This document shows positions 9,859 to 19,974 of a stretch of 64,000 bases of DNA, piece by piece. Numbering within the stretch: the first letter of the stretch is position 1; each line of letters starts with the position of its first letter. The position numbers and the translations under genes are program-made. The stretch is from an uncultured Actinomycetes bacterium (GTDB taxonomy: Bacteria; Actinomycetota; Acidimicrobiia; IMCC26256; PALSA-555): assembly GCA_937927875.1 (NCBI GenBank), contig CALEYV010000107.1, positions 178 to 64,177 of the forward strand. Reading direction: 5' to 3'. The notes under the pieces are model-generated. The model searched no databases. It saw nothing but the letters and a program-made list of their open reading frames with translations, and had not been told where the DNA came from.

Positions 9859-10884
9859 CTACCGGGTGGGTTCCCCGCCGTCGGGAGCCTCCTGCAGCGG
9901 ACGCACCAGGAACCAGCCCGCGCCGAGCAGCGCGACCGCGGCCAGCGCCTCGTACCCGGCTTGACCGAGCGCATCGGACGTCCAGCCCGTGATCGCGCCC
10001 GAGAACCCGATGACGATCGCGATGACGCCGACCCAGACCGATCCCCGCCGGGTGTTCCCGGTCCCGGCCAGGCCGAGGAGCAACCCGACCGCCGCGATCA
10101 TCAGCCCGGTGAGGGTTTGGCTCCCCTCGTTCGAGCCGAGCACGGCCGCGCCGACCAGGCCCTCGATGGCGCCGATCACCAGGAAGGGGACCGCGGCCCC
10201 GAGGTAGCGCTTGCGGATCAGGACGCCACCGGCGACGAGGAAGATCACGCCGAGCGCCAGCCCCACGCCGGCCTGGTAGTTGCCGGTCTTGCCCTCGATG
10301 ATCGACTGGGGCGACACCCCGGCCAGGCTCTGGGCCTGGGCGCCGGTCACGAGGCCGGTCACGCCGACCAGCTGCCGTGGCGAGAGCACGAGGGCCTCGG
10401 CCGACTTCGGCGACTCGACCTGCCGGTGGACCTCGAACTGGATGTAGGAGGCCACGAACAGCAGGGCAATGGCGAGGAAGATGGCGCGGCCGCGGGTCCA
10501 CAGCAGCGAGTAGAGGGCGAGGTACATGGCCGCGCTCAGCAGGTAGACGGCGCGGAACCAGCCGGTGCCGCTCTGGCCGTTGGCGTAGAAGACGAAGAGC
10601 CAGAGGATCGGCGTCGCGAAGACGAGCGCGACGACCGCGGTGGCTCGCGCTGGCCCCAGCGGCGCCAGCGCGGCCGCGAGCGCCACGAGGATCAGCGCGA
10701 GGTTGAGCAGGATGCCCGGCGCCGTCGGGTTGTCGCTCGCGATCTTCGAGACGAGGTGCTCAGTGGCGGCGACGGCGAACACACCGGCACCCGCTCCCAG
10801 GACGTGCGCGAGCCCGCTCTGGGGTCGCATCTTGGCTCGCCAGCCGACTTGGTCGAGCTGGGCCAGCGCTGCGGTTCCGGCCAT
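9859..10884 (-). CDS. Polytopic integral membrane protein (about 9 TM), unknown function
   Basis: ATG at 10884 with a G-rich RBS. The longer ORF to 11160 has an Arg/Gly-rich, non-protein-like extension. Hydrophobic throughout. Confidence 0.65.
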   Translation of the reverse strand: MAGTAALAQLDQVGWRAKMRPQSGLAHVLGAGAGVFAVAATEHLVSKIASDNPTAPGILLNLALILVALAAALAPLGPARATAVVALVFATPILWLFVFYANGQSGTGWFRAVYLLSAAMYLALYSLLWTRGRAIFLAIALLFVASYIQFEVHRQVESPKSAEALVLSPRQLVGVTGLVTGAQAQSLAGVSPQSIIEGKTGNYQAGVGLALGVIFLVAGGVLIRKRYLGAAVPFLVIGAIEGLVGAAVLGSNEGSQTLTGLMIAAVGLLLGLAGTGNTRRGSVWVGVIAIVIGFSGAITGWTSDALGQAGYEALAAVALLGAGWFLVRPLQEAPDGGEPTR

Positions 10885-10985
10885 GGTCCCCACCCCCCGG
10901 TTAGAGGTTCCGGTGCCGTGATAGCTGCGGCCGTAGCCTGCCCTGGCCCACGCCGACCGGCAAGTGCCGGCGTGGGCCCTGTTGG

Positions 10986-11441
10986 TCAGGCCTTGGCGCG
11001 TTCGTTGCCGAGCAGGATGGCGCCGACGAGGCAGGCAACCGAGCCGATCAGCATGAAGATGAGCCCGACGCCGGTCCCGGCCCCCTGCTTGTCGACCAGC
11101 AAGAAGGCGAAGGCCTCCAGGGCGGCGAAGAAGCCGAGCGCCAGGTGGACCTGGTGCCACGTGAACCCGGCGATCCCCGACCCGAGGTCGACGTTCGCCA
11201 GCTTCGACAGCACGATCTGCAGCCCCATGACCAGGGTGAACAACACGATGAGCGTCGTCACCGGCACGAGGCCGCTGTGCCAGGCGCTGACCCCGCCGCC
11301 GCCGACCGAGAAGCCCCGGATCGACACGGACGGAGTTGTGTAGAAGTGGAAGAACGAGAAGACGAGTGTGACGAGCGCCCCCGCCGCGATCAGGATCTCA
11401 CCCGGGGTGAGCTTCAGGTTGACCTGGCTGCCTCCGGCCAT
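10986..11441 (-). CDS. Integral membrane protein (4 TM), paralogue of 11623..12117
   Basis: RBS AGAGGGGA before the ATG. N-terminal motif LTPGEILIAAGALVTLVFSFFHF is shared with the neighbouring gene. Confidence 0.65.
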   Translation of the reverse strand: MAGGSQVNLKLTPGEILIAAGALVTLVFSFFHFYTTPSVSIRGFSVGGGGVSAWHSGLVPVTTLIVLFTLVMGLQIVLSKLANVDLGSGIAGFTWHQVHLALGFFAALEAFAFLLVDKQGAGTGVGLIFMLIGSVACLVGAILLGNERAKA

Positions 11442-11622
11442 GCGTTCCCCTCTAATCAGGTGCCCCGCCGGCGCGCGCTCACTCCGAGCGCGTCACACCG
11501 TGGCGGCTGGCTGCGGTTCGGGTCCAGTCGAGTGCGTCGCCACCGAGGCGGCGACGCACCGGGTGCAGCACAGCACGGCCCACGGGCGAATGCAAGCATT
11601 CCGCCCGGTGTGCGGTCTTCGT

Positions 11623-12117
11623 TCATCCGGATCGGAGGGTGAGGAAGCCGCCACCGGCGAGACCGGTGGCGGCGATCAGACCCGCGTAGATGCCGACGTC
11701 GCGCGTCTTCACGAACGAGATCCGGACCGCGCCGCCGAGGTTGGCGGTGCTCGGCAGGCCGAAGGCGCCCAAGTTGACCGTGGGGCCGCTGAGCAGCTGC
11801 AGGGCGACCAGCACGAACGCCAGTCCGCCGAGCGCGACGAGCACCCGGCCCGCCACCGGCGAGCGGGGACGGCCCACGCCGACCAGGCGCGCCGCCACGT
11901 AACCGAGCATGAGGACCCCGATCACGACCGCGAGCAGCGTCGCCGTGTACGCCCACGCGTTGTCGTGGAACTCGTAACGAGTGCTCGGGATCGAACGGCC
12001 GTTGATCGTCAGGTTGGCGATCTTCCCGCCGAGCCAGTGCAGGAACGACAGCGCGAACAGGGCGACGCCGCTCACCCCGATGAGCTGCTCGCCCGGGCTC
12101 AGCCGCTCCCGCTCCAC
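11623..12117 (-). CDS. Integral membrane protein (4 TM), paralogue of 10986..11441
   Basis: I prefer the GTG at 12117 (RBS GGAGAGGGAG 6 nt upstream) over the GTG at 12159. Motif LSPGEQLIGVSGVALFALSFLHW. Confidence 0.6.
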   Translation of the reverse strand: MERERLSPGEQLIGVSGVALFALSFLHWLGGKIANLTINGRSIPSTRYEFHDNAWAYTATLLAVVIGVLMLGYVAARLVGVGRPRSPVAGRVLVALGGLAFVLVALQLLSGPTVNLGAFGLPSTANLGGAVRISFVKTRDVGIYAGLIAATGLAGGGFLTLRSG

Positions 12118-12221
12118 TGCTGCTCCCTCTCCGACGAGCCCGCCGGCGCAGCCGACCACGGCGCCGAGCGCGGCGCAAACCAGAGGACGGTGCCGGCCCA
12201 GGGCTCGGCTACGTTCGGCTC

Positions 12222-12785
12222 GTGCAGCGGCTTGGGGTGCTGGCGTCAGGGAGCGGGACCATCCTGCAGGCGATCCTCGACGCCCGGCTCCCGGTCGGGG
12301 TCGTGGTCGTCGACCGGGCCTGTGCCGCCACCGACCGCGCCGACGCGGCCGGAATCCCGGTCGAGGTCGTCGAGCGCACCTCGTTCGGGCCCGACTTCGA
12401 CCGGGTCGCCTACACCCACCGGGTCGTCGACGCCCTGAAGCGCCACGAGATCGACCTCGTCGCCATGGCCGGCTTCGGGACCATCCTCGCCGAGCCGGTC
12501 CACGCGGCCTTCCCGCGCCGGATCGTGAACACCCACCCGGCGCTGCTCCCCGCGTTCAAGGGCTGGCACGCGGTCGAGGACGCGCTGGCGGCCGGGGTGA
12601 AGGTCACCGGCTGGACCGCGCACGTCGCCACCCTCGAGGTCGACGACGGCCCGATCCTGGCCCAGGAGGCGGTGCCGGTCCTCCCAAACGACACGGTCGA
12701 GACGCTCCACGAGCGGATCAAGGACGTCGAGCGCCGTCGCTACCCGGAGCTGTTGCGGACCCTGCTCGAGGGGCGGACTCCGTGA
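12222..12785 (+). CDS. purN: Phosphoribosylglycinamide formyltransferase
   Basis: 187 aa. VLASGSGT, IVNTHPALLPAF, HVATLEVDDGPIL. Confidence 0.93.
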   Translation: MQRLGVLASGSGTILQAILDARLPVGVVVVDRACAATDRADAAGIPVEVVERTSFGPDFDRVAYTHRVVDALKRHEIDLVAMAGFGTILAEPVHAAFPRRIVNTHPALLPAFKGWHAVEDALAAGVKVTGWTAHVATLEVDDGPILAQEAVPVLPNDTVETLHERIKDVERRRYPELLRTLLEGRTP

Positions 12786-14290
12786 CGCGGCGCGCCCTCG
12801 TCTCGGTGTCCGACAAGTCAGGCCTGGTCGACTTCGCCCGCGGGCTCGTGGACCTGGGCTTCGAGTTCGTCGCCTCGGGCGGGACGGCGGTCGCGCTCGC
12901 CGAGGGCGGGCTCCCGGTCACCACCGTCGAATCGGTCACCGACGCGCCCGAGATGCTCGACGGCCGCGTCAAGACGCTGCACCCCCGAGTGCACGGCGGC
13001 CTGCTCGCCGACCTCGGCAACCCCGACCACCGCGCCGACCTCGAGCGCCAGGGCATCGAGCCGTTCCAGCTCGTCGTCAGCAACCTCTATCCCTTCGCCG
13101 AGCGGCCGGACGTCGAGACCATCGACATCGGTGGGCCGGCCATGGTGCGGGCGTCGGCGAAGAACCACGCCTGGGTCGGGGTCGTCACCAGCCCCGCCCA
13201 GTACGACGAGGTGCTGGCCGAGCTGCGCGCCAGCGACGGCACGCTCTCCGACGCCACCCGCCGTCTCCTCGCCCGGGAGGCGTTCGCGCACACCGCCGCC
13301 TACGACGCCGCGATCGTGGCGTGGCTCGAGGACGACGAGCTGCTCCCCGAGCACCTCGTCCTCCCGCTCGAGCGGACCGAGGAGGCGCTGCGCTACGGCG
13401 AGAACCCCCACCAGCGCGCGGCCCGGTACCGGCTCGTCGGCACGACGTCGTGGTGGGACTCGGTGCGCCAGCACAGCGGGCTCGCGCTCTCCTACCTCAA
13501 CTTCTACGACGCCGACGCGGCGTGGCGGCTCGTGCACGATCTCGGCTCGGGCCCGGCCTGCGCCATCATCAAGCACGCCAACCCGTGCGGCGTCGCGGTG
13601 GCCGGCGACCTCGCCACCGCCTACGCCAAGGCGCTGGCGTGCGACGAGCAGTCGGCGTTCGGCGGCGTGGTGGCGATGAACCGGCCCCTCGACCCGGCCG
13701 CCGCCGAGGAGATGGTGGCGGGCCCGAACGCCGACGTCGTGCTCGCTCCCGGCTACGAGCCCGGGACGGTCGAAGCGCTGATCGGCAAGCGCAGGAACAC
13801 GCGGCTCCTCGAGGCGGGGCCCCCGGAGCCCCAGCGGCTGGACGTGCGCCAGATCTCGGGCGGCTTCCTCGTGCAGGAGCCGCACCGCTTCGTCACCGGT
13901 CGCGACGACTGGCGGGTGGCCACGAAGGTCGCGCCGACCGAGGCCCAGTGGCGCGACGCCGAGCTGGCGTGGCGGGTCTGCGGCCACGTGAAGTCCAACG
14001 CCATCGTCCTCGTGAAGGACGGCCAGGCGGTCGGGATCGGCGCCGGGCAGCAGAAGCGCGTCGACGCCGGTGAGATCGCGGCCCGCAAGGCCGCCGGCCG
14101 CGCCGTCGGCGGCGCCAGCGCCAGCGACGCCTTCTACCCGTTCGCGGACGGCATCGAGGCCGCCGCCGCGGCCGGGGTGGCGGTGGTCTTGCAGCCCGGC
14201 GGCGCCATGCGCGACGAGGAGCTCATCGAGCGGGCCGACGAGCTCGGCCTGGCGATGGTGCTCACCGGCGAGCGGCACTTCCTGCACTGA
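12782..14290 (+). CDS. purH: Bifunctional AICAR formyltransferase / IMP cyclohydrolase
   Basis: GTG at 12782 in a GTGA overlap with purN. RALVSVSDKSG, GRVKTLHP, IKHANPCG, C-terminal GERHFLH. Confidence 0.95.
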   Translation: MTRRALVSVSDKSGLVDFARGLVDLGFEFVASGGTAVALAEGGLPVTTVESVTDAPEMLDGRVKTLHPRVHGGLLADLGNPDHRADLERQGIEPFQLVVSNLYPFAERPDVETIDIGGPAMVRASAKNHAWVGVVTSPAQYDEVLAELRASDGTLSDATRRLLAREAFAHTAAYDAAIVAWLEDDELLPEHLVLPLERTEEALRYGENPHQRAARYRLVGTTSWWDSVRQHSGLALSYLNFYDADAAWRLVHDLGSGPACAIIKHANPCGVAVAGDLATAYAKALACDEQSAFGGVVAMNRPLDPAAAEEMVAGPNADVVLAPGYEPGTVEALIGKRRNTRLLEAGPPEPQRLDVRQISGGFLVQEPHRFVTGRDDWRVATKVAPTEAQWRDAELAWRVCGHVKSNAIVLVKDGQAVGIGAGQQKRVDAGEIAARKAAGRAVGGASASDAFYPFADGIEAAAAAGVAVVLQPGGAMRDEELIERADELGLAMVLTGERHFLH

Positions 14291-15150
14291 TGACGGCGCG
14301 CCTGCTCCCCGGCGGCCCGGTGGCCGAGTCCGTCTTCGCCGAGCTGGCGCCCCGGATCAAGGTGCTCGCCGACGCCGGCCACCAGCCTGGTCTGGCGACG
14401 ATCCTGGTCGGCAACGAATCGGCGAGCGCCGGGTACATCCGCCAGAAGCAGGAGAAGGCGGTCGAGGTCGGCATGGCTTCGCCGCACGCCCACCTGGGCG
14501 ACGACGCCACCCAGGCCGACCTGGTCGCGGCCATCCGGGGGTTCAACGACGACCCGGCCGTCGACGCCATGCTGGTCCAGCACCCCACGCCGCCCCAGAT
14601 CGACTACGAGGCGGCCCTGCTCGAGATGGACCCCGACAAGGACGTCGACGGGCTGCACCCGGTGAACATGGGCCGCCTGGCCATGTCGATGCCCGGTCCC
14701 ATACCCTGCACGCCCGCCGGCATCGAGGCCCTTCTGGCCTACCACGAGGTGCCGGTCGCCGGACGGGAGGTCTGCATCCTCGGCCGGGGGACGACGCTGG
14801 GGAGGCCGCTCGCCTTGTTGCTCTCGCAGAAGCGCCCGACCGCCAACGCCGCCGTCACCGTCGTGCACACCGGCGTGCCCGACTGGCCCCGGTACACCCA
14901 GCGGGCCGAGGTCGTGGTCGCGGCCGCGGGCGTGCCCGGCATCCTCCAGCCCGAGCATCTCTCGCCGGGCGTGGTCGTGGTCGGCGGCGGCGTCCGCTAT
15001 GAGGGTCGCAAGCTGCTCCCGGACGTCGACGAGCGCTGCGCCGAGGTGGCCGGCGCGATCACGCCCCGGGTGGGCGGCGTCGGCCCGACCACCATCGCGA
15101 TGCTGTTCCGCAACGCGGTCGAGGCCGCCGAGCGGAGGCACGCCCGGTGA
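14290..15150 (+). CDS. folD: Bifunctional methylenetetrahydrofolate dehydrogenase / methenyl-THF cyclohydrolase
   Basis: The ATG overlaps the purH stop by 1 nt. LATILVG, YIRQKQK-like region, DVDGLHPVN, GRGTTLGRP. Confidence 0.95.
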   Translation: MTARLLPGGPVAESVFAELAPRIKVLADAGHQPGLATILVGNESASAGYIRQKQEKAVEVGMASPHAHLGDDATQADLVAAIRGFNDDPAVDAMLVQHPTPPQIDYEAALLEMDPDKDVDGLHPVNMGRLAMSMPGPIPCTPAGIEALLAYHEVPVAGREVCILGRGTTLGRPLALLLSQKRPTANAAVTVVHTGVPDWPRYTQRAEVVVAAAGVPGILQPEHLSPGVVVVGGGVRYEGRKLLPDVDERCAEVAGAITPRVGGVGPTTIAMLFRNAVEAAERRHAR

Positions 15151-15362
15151 CGACCGAGCCGGTCCCCACCGCCGAGGGCGCCTGCCCGCTGTGCGGCGTC
15201 GCGGTCGCGGTCGAGGCACGACGCTGCCCGGCCTGCGGGTGGTCGCTCGCCGGCGTCGACGGCCGACCCGGTCCATTCTCGGTCCGGGCGCTGTGGTGGA
15301 CTGGCGCCGGCTTCCTCGCCGTGTACCTCATCACGCTGGCGATCGTCGCGCTCACGCATTGA
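15147..15362 (+). CDS. Small zinc-ribbon membrane protein (71 aa)
   Basis: GTGA overlap with folD. CPLCG...CPACG pair followed by one TM helix. Good codon bias. Confidence 0.55.
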   Translation: MTTEPVPTAEGACPLCGVAVAVEARRCPACGWSLAGVDGRPGPFSVRALWWTGAGFLAVYLITLAIVALTH

Positions 15363-15387
15363 GACCGGCGAGCGCCCAAGGAGACTG

Positions 15388-16590
15388 ATGGCCGAGCTCA
15401 TCACCATGGTCGACGGCACCCTCACGGTGCCGGACGAGCCGAGCATCCCCTACATCGAGGGCGACGGGACCGGGATCGACATCTGGCCCGCCGCCCAGCG
15501 CGTGCTCGACGCGGCTGTGGAGCGCGCCTACGACGGACGCCGACGCATCGCGTGGGTGGAGGTCCTGGCCGGGGAGAAGGCGCACGACCGGACCGGCAGC
15601 TGGCTGCCCGACGAGACCGTGGCGTCGTTCCGCGAGCACCTCATCGGGATCAAGGGCCCGCTCACGACGCCGGTCGGCGGCGGCATCCGGTCCCTCAACG
15701 TCGCGCTCCGCCAGATCCTCGACCTCTACGTGTGCCTGCGCCCGGTGCGCTGGTATCCGGGGGTCCCCTCGCCGGTGAAGCGGCCCGACCTGGTGGACAT
15801 GGTGATCTTCCGCGAGAACACCGAGGACATCTACGCCGGCCTCGAGGTCGAGGCCGGCACGCCAGAGGCGACGAAGCTCATCGGGGTCCTCGAGCGCGAG
15901 TTCGGCTGGAAGATCCGGCCCGACTCGGGCATCGGCATCAAGCCGGTGTCGGAGACCGGCTCGAAGCGGCTCATCCGCGCCGCGATCAACTACGCGGTGG
16001 CCCGCAACCGCAAGAGCGTGACGCTCGTGCACAAGGGCAACATCCAGAAGTTCACCGAGGGCGCGTTCCGGAACTGGGGCTACGAGCTGACCCGCGAGGA
16101 GTTCGCCGACGTCGCGGTGACCTGGGACGACTGCGACGGCAAGCCCGGCGACAAGATCCTTGTAAAGGACAACATCGCCGACATCACCCTCCAGCAGGTC
16201 CTGACCCGGCCCGAGGACTTCGACGTCATCGCGACCACGAACCTGAACGGCGACTACCTCTCCGACGCGCTGGCGGCCCAGGTGGGCGGGATCGGCATCG
16301 CCCCCGGCGGCAACATCAACTACGTGACCGGCCACGGGGTCTTCGAGGCCACCCACGGCACGGCGCCGAAGTACGCGGGGCAGGACAAGGTCAATCCGTC
16401 ATCGCTGCTGCTCTCGGGCGTGATGATGCTCGAGCACCTGGGCTGGCAGGAGGCGGCGGACCTGATCACCAAGGCGTTCGAGGCCACCATCGCCGAGAAG
16501 GTGGTCACCTACGACTTCGCCCGGCTCATGGAAGGCGCCCACGAGGTCAAGACCTCGGCCTTCGCGGAGGCGGTCGTCGATCACCTGTAG
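15388..16590 (+). CDS. icd: Isocitrate dehydrogenase (NADP), homodimeric prokaryotic type
   Basis: 400 aa. [51 protein letters not shown]. Confidence 0.95.
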   Translation: MAELITMVDGTLTVPDEPSIPYIEGDGTGIDIWPAAQRVLDAAVERAYDGRRRIAWVEVLAGEKAHDRTGSWLPDETVASFREHLIGIKGPLTTPVGGGIRSLNVALRQILDLYVCLRPVRWYPGVPSPVKRPDLVDMVIFRENTEDIYAGLEVEAGTPEATKLIGVLEREFGWKIRPDSGIGIKPVSETGSKRLIRAAINYAVARNRKSVTLVHKGNIQKFTEGAFRNWGYELTREEFADVAVTWDDCDGKPGDKILVKDNIADITLQQVLTRPEDFDVIATTNLNGDYLSDALAAQVGGIGIAPGGNINYVTGHGVFEATHGTAPKYAGQDKVNPSSLLLSGVMMLEHLGWQEAADLITKAFEATIAEKVVTYDFARLMEGAHEVKTSAFAEAVVDHL

Positions 16591-16665
16591 GCGCGGCGAG
16601 CCGGCTTGGCCCGGCCGCGGCGGTCGGGCACCCTGGGGAGCGAACACCAGGGTCGGGAGGGGAAG

Positions 16666-17460
16666 GTGCTGCTCGCCGAGCTGAACATCCGGCACTCCCG
16701 ACGCCACATGCCGACCCGACGGATCGCCCTCGGCGACGCGTACCTCCCGCTCAGCGGCCCCGGCTGGGGAGCGGTGCTCCTCGGCGCGGTGGTCGCCGAG
16801 CACCTCCCGGAGCTCGACGAGGAGCAGGCCGAGCTGCTGCCCCGCCTCGTCCACGACGCCCGCGACGGGCTCTCGGTCCCGCGCATCGCGCTCCGCTACC
16901 GCCTCCAGACCGACACCCACGGCCTCGACCGGTCCCGGCACCGGATCGTGAGCGAGGCGGAGCTCGGCGCCCCACCCTCGATCGTGCTCGAGCTCGACCG
17001 CCACGGCGCCGGCGTTCCCCAGCTGCTCGGCGCGGTGATGGCGGCCGCCGCGCTGCCGCCCTCGGCCCGACGGACGGCGCTGCGGGCGATCGAGGGTGCG
17101 ATCGCTCGTCCCGTTTTGCCCGACGGGCTGGTCATCCGCCGGCTCATCGAGGGGATCCCCGGTCTGCAGCCCTTCGCGCCGCACTCCGTCAACGGCGACG
17201 GGGGCGGCGGCAACGGCTGGGCCGGCATCCCGGCCGAGCGGCGGTGGGCGATGGAGGTCCTCGGCCTCGGGGCCGACATGACGGTCGAGCGCCACGACGT
17301 CCAGGCCCGCTTCCGCCGGCTGGTGCGGCTCGCCCACCCCGACCACGGGGCGTCGCGCGACGGCGCCGCCGAGCGGCTCGCCGAGCTCAGCGAGGCGCGC
17401 GAGCTGCTCCTCGCGCACACCGGGGCGCCAGAGTCGGCGAGCGCGGGGGCGAGCGGGTAG
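16666..17460 (+). CDS. Hypothetical protein with C-terminal J (DnaJ-like) domain
   Basis: GTG at 16666 sits 5 nt after GGGAGG. The C-terminal ~60 aa carry a J-domain pattern with an HPD tripeptide ([12 protein letters not shown]). The N-terminal ~190 aa are unassigned. Confidence 0.65.
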   Translation: MLLAELNIRHSRRHMPTRRIALGDAYLPLSGPGWGAVLLGAVVAEHLPELDEEQAELLPRLVHDARDGLSVPRIALRYRLQTDTHGLDRSRHRIVSEAELGAPPSIVLELDRHGAGVPQLLGAVMAAAALPPSARRTALRAIEGAIARPVLPDGLVIRRLIEGIPGLQPFAPHSVNGDGGGGNGWAGIPAERRWAMEVLGLGADMTVERHDVQARFRRLVRLAHPDHGASRDGAAERLAELSEARELLLAHTGAPESASAGASG

Positions 17461-17472
17461 GTTCCCGCTCCC

Positions 17473-18459
17473 ATGGCGACCCGGGCGCTGCACGTCGCGG
17501 TCACCGGAGCCGCGGGCCAGATCGGGTACGCGCTCGTGCACCGGATCGCGGCCGGTGAGCTCCTCGGCGACGACCAGCCGGTCGTGCTGCGGCTGCTCGA
17601 GATCGAGCCCGCGATGCCGGCGCTCGAAGGCGTGGTCATGGAGCTCGAGGACGGCGCCCACCCCCTGCTCGAGGGCATCGAGGCGACCTCGGACGTCAAC
17701 CACGCCTTCGCTGGCGCCTCGTGGTGCCTGCTGGTGGGGTCGATCCCCCGCAAGGAGGGCATGGAGCGGCGCGACCTGCTGTCGGTGAACGGCGGCATCT
17801 TCAAGCCGCAAGGGCGCGCCATCAACGATCACGCCGCCGAGGACGTGCGGGTGCTCGTCGTCGGCAACCCGTGCAACACCAACTGCCTGATCGCCCGGAG
17901 CAACGCTCCCGACGTCCCCGACGAGCGCTGGTTCGCGATGACCCGGCTCGACGAGAACCGCGCCAAGTCCCAGCTCGCCAAGCACGCCGGCGTGCCGACG
18001 CGCGACGTCACGAACCTCGCGGTGTGGGGCAACCACTCCGCGACCCAGTTCCCCGACTTCTTCCACGCCCGCATCGCCGGCGCGCCCCTCCCCGAGGTCA
18101 TCACCGACCACGACTGGCTGCGGGGGCCGTTCCTCCAGACGGTGCAGCAGCGGGGCGCGGCGGTGATCAAGGCCCGCGGCGCCTCGTCGGCGGCGTCGGC
18201 CGCCCACGCCGCCATCGAGTCGGTCAACAGCATCTGGCGCCGAACCCGCGCCGATGACTGGCACTCGCTCGCGGTGCCGTGTCACGGCGAGTACGGGATC
18301 CCCGAGGGGCTCCAGTTCGGGTTCCCCGTGCGCAGCGACGGCTCGTCGTGGAGCATCGTCGAGGGGATCGAGCACGACGACTTCGCGGCCGAGCGCATCA
18401 AGATCACCACCGACGAGCTGCTCGAGGAGCGCCAGGAGGTCGCCGAGCTGCTCGGCTGA
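17473..18459 (+). CDS. mdh: Malate dehydrogenase (NAD)
   Basis: 328 aa. [39 protein letters not shown]. Confidence 0.95.
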   Translation: MATRALHVAVTGAAGQIGYALVHRIAAGELLGDDQPVVLRLLEIEPAMPALEGVVMELEDGAHPLLEGIEATSDVNHAFAGASWCLLVGSIPRKEGMERRDLLSVNGGIFKPQGRAINDHAAEDVRVLVVGNPCNTNCLIARSNAPDVPDERWFAMTRLDENRAKSQLAKHAGVPTRDVTNLAVWGNHSATQFPDFFHARIAGAPLPEVITDHDWLRGPFLQTVQQRGAAVIKARGASSAASAAHAAIESVNSIWRRTRADDWHSLAVPCHGEYGIPEGLQFGFPVRSDGSSWSIVEGIEHDDFAAERIKITTDELLEERQEVAELLG

Positions 18460-18502
18460 GCGGGTCCGCGATCAGCGCCGCCCGCTACGGCAGCATGCTC
18501 GC

Positions 18503-19156
18503 GTGGCGGCACCGGAGCTCGACGAGCGCGGGCGCGGGCTCGACCGGGTCGTCAACTTCAGCGACGCGGTGTTCGCCATCGCGATCACGCTGCTGGTGCT
18601 GAACCTCAAGGTTCCGCACCTCACCGGGCGCAACATCGACCACCGGCTCCTCGACGCCCTCGGGCACGACGCCGGGCTCCTGGCCGGCTTCGTGATCTCG
18701 TTCTTCGTCATCGCCCGCTACTGGATGTCCCACCACCGGCTGTCGATCCTGCTCCGACGGGTCGACACGCCGTTCATCGTCTTGAACCTGCTCTTCCTCG
18801 CCTTCATCGTCTTCGTCCCGTTCCCGACCGAGGTCATCGGCGTGTACGGCGGCACGACCACGGCGGCCGTGTTCTACGCCGCCACGATGGTGCCGACCGG
18901 GCTGCTCTCGTGGGCGACGTGGGAGTACGCGCTGCGAAGCGGCCTCGACGACGGCCGCGCGCCGGCGGGAACGCTGCGACAAGCGAGGCTGCGGAGCGGG
19001 TACCTCGTGACGGTCTTCGCGATCTCGATCCCGGTCGCGTTCGCCGATCCGGCCGCGGCGCAGGTGATGTGGGCGCTGCTGGTGCTGCAGAACCGGTTCG
19101 CGATCCGGTTCAGCGGCGTGGCACCGCCAACCCCGGCGCGGCGGACGCGCGCCTAG
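18503..19156 (+). CDS. TMEM175-family potassium channel (DUF1211)
   Basis: First in-frame start after the mdh stop is the GTG at 18503. Hallmark RxxxFSD helix-1 motif (RVVNFSDAVFAIAITLLVL). About 6 TM. Confidence 0.8.
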   Translation: MAAPELDERGRGLDRVVNFSDAVFAIAITLLVLNLKVPHLTGRNIDHRLLDALGHDAGLLAGFVISFFVIARYWMSHHRLSILLRRVDTPFIVLNLLFLAFIVFVPFPTEVIGVYGGTTTAAVFYAATMVPTGLLSWATWEYALRSGLDDGRAPAGTLRQARLRSGYLVTVFAISIPVAFADPAAAQVMWALLVLQNRFAIRFSGVAPPTPARRTRA

Positions 19157-19908
19157 GACTCGTCGGGCGCCTGCAGCGCCGGCGGTGGGCGCAGCCCGAG
19201 CTCGGACCGCAGCGCGCCCAGCCGAGCCTGGGCTTCAGCCGACAGCTGCGCATGTTGGACCTCGAGCATCTTGGTGTCGACCGTGGTCCCGCCCAGCTCC
19301 GAGGCGGCCTGGGCGCGGGCCAGGCGGCGCTCGATCTTGGTGCGCACCTCCTCGAAGGAGGGCACGTCTTCGCCGACCGCCTCCGAGAGCTGGCTCATGG
19401 CCTTGTTGAGCTGCTCCTGCATGCGGGCCTGGTCGAGCTGACTCAGGAGCTGCTCCCGCTCGGCGAGCTTCTTCTGCAACGCGGCCGAGTTCTGGGTCAC
19501 GGCCGCCTTCGCCTGCTCCGAGGAGCGCGTGGCGTCGAGCAGCTGGTCGCGGAGCTGGCCGACCTGGGCCTCGAGGCTCACGATCCGGGATGCGAAGCCC
19601 TCCGCGGCCTGGTTGAACGTCGTCGCCTTGTCGGCGTTGCCGGCCCGCGCCTCCTGGTCGCTGAGCAGCAGGGCCTGCCGGGCCGACGCGTTCGCGTTCT
19701 CGTAGTCCTCCATGGCGCGGTCCAGTCGCAGCTGGGTCTGCTTCTGGTTCGCGATGACGTTGGTGGCCTGCTCGATGAGCTGGCGATGCTGCTGGCGGGC
19801 CTCTTTGATCGCCTGCTCGAGCTGGACCTTCGGGTCGGCCTTCTCGTCGAGGCGCACGCCGAGCTTGGCGCCCCAGTACCGCCACCAGCGACGGATTGCG
19901 TCCCACAT
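19153..19908 (-). CDS. pspA: PspA/IM30 family protein
   Basis: 251 aa. Continuous coiled-coil heptads. N-terminal amphipathic MWDAIRRWWRYWGAKLG, KVQLEQAIKEA. Confidence 0.9.
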   Translation of the reverse strand: MWDAIRRWWRYWGAKLGVRLDEKADPKVQLEQAIKEARQQHRQLIEQATNVIANQKQTQLRLDRAMEDYENANASARQALLLSDQEARAGNADKATTFNQAAEGFASRIVSLEAQVGQLRDQLLDATRSSEQAKAAVTQNSAALQKKLAEREQLLSQLDQARMQEQLNKAMSQLSEAVGEDVPSFEEVRTKIERRLARAQAASELGGTTVDTKMLEVQHAQLSAEAQARLGALRSELGLRPPPALQAPDES

Positions 19909-19938
19909 GCCCGAAATCCTACGCCTCGTCGTGCGCGA

Positions 19939-19974
19939 CGGCCTCGCCGGTCGCGGTCCAGCCGTTGCGAGGCC
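19939..19974 (-). terminator. Stem-loop between the hydrolase stop and the pspA start
   Basis: GGCCTCGC ...20 nt... GCGAGGCC, abutting the stop at 19975. Could act as a terminator or as a pspA leader structure. Confidence 0.3.
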
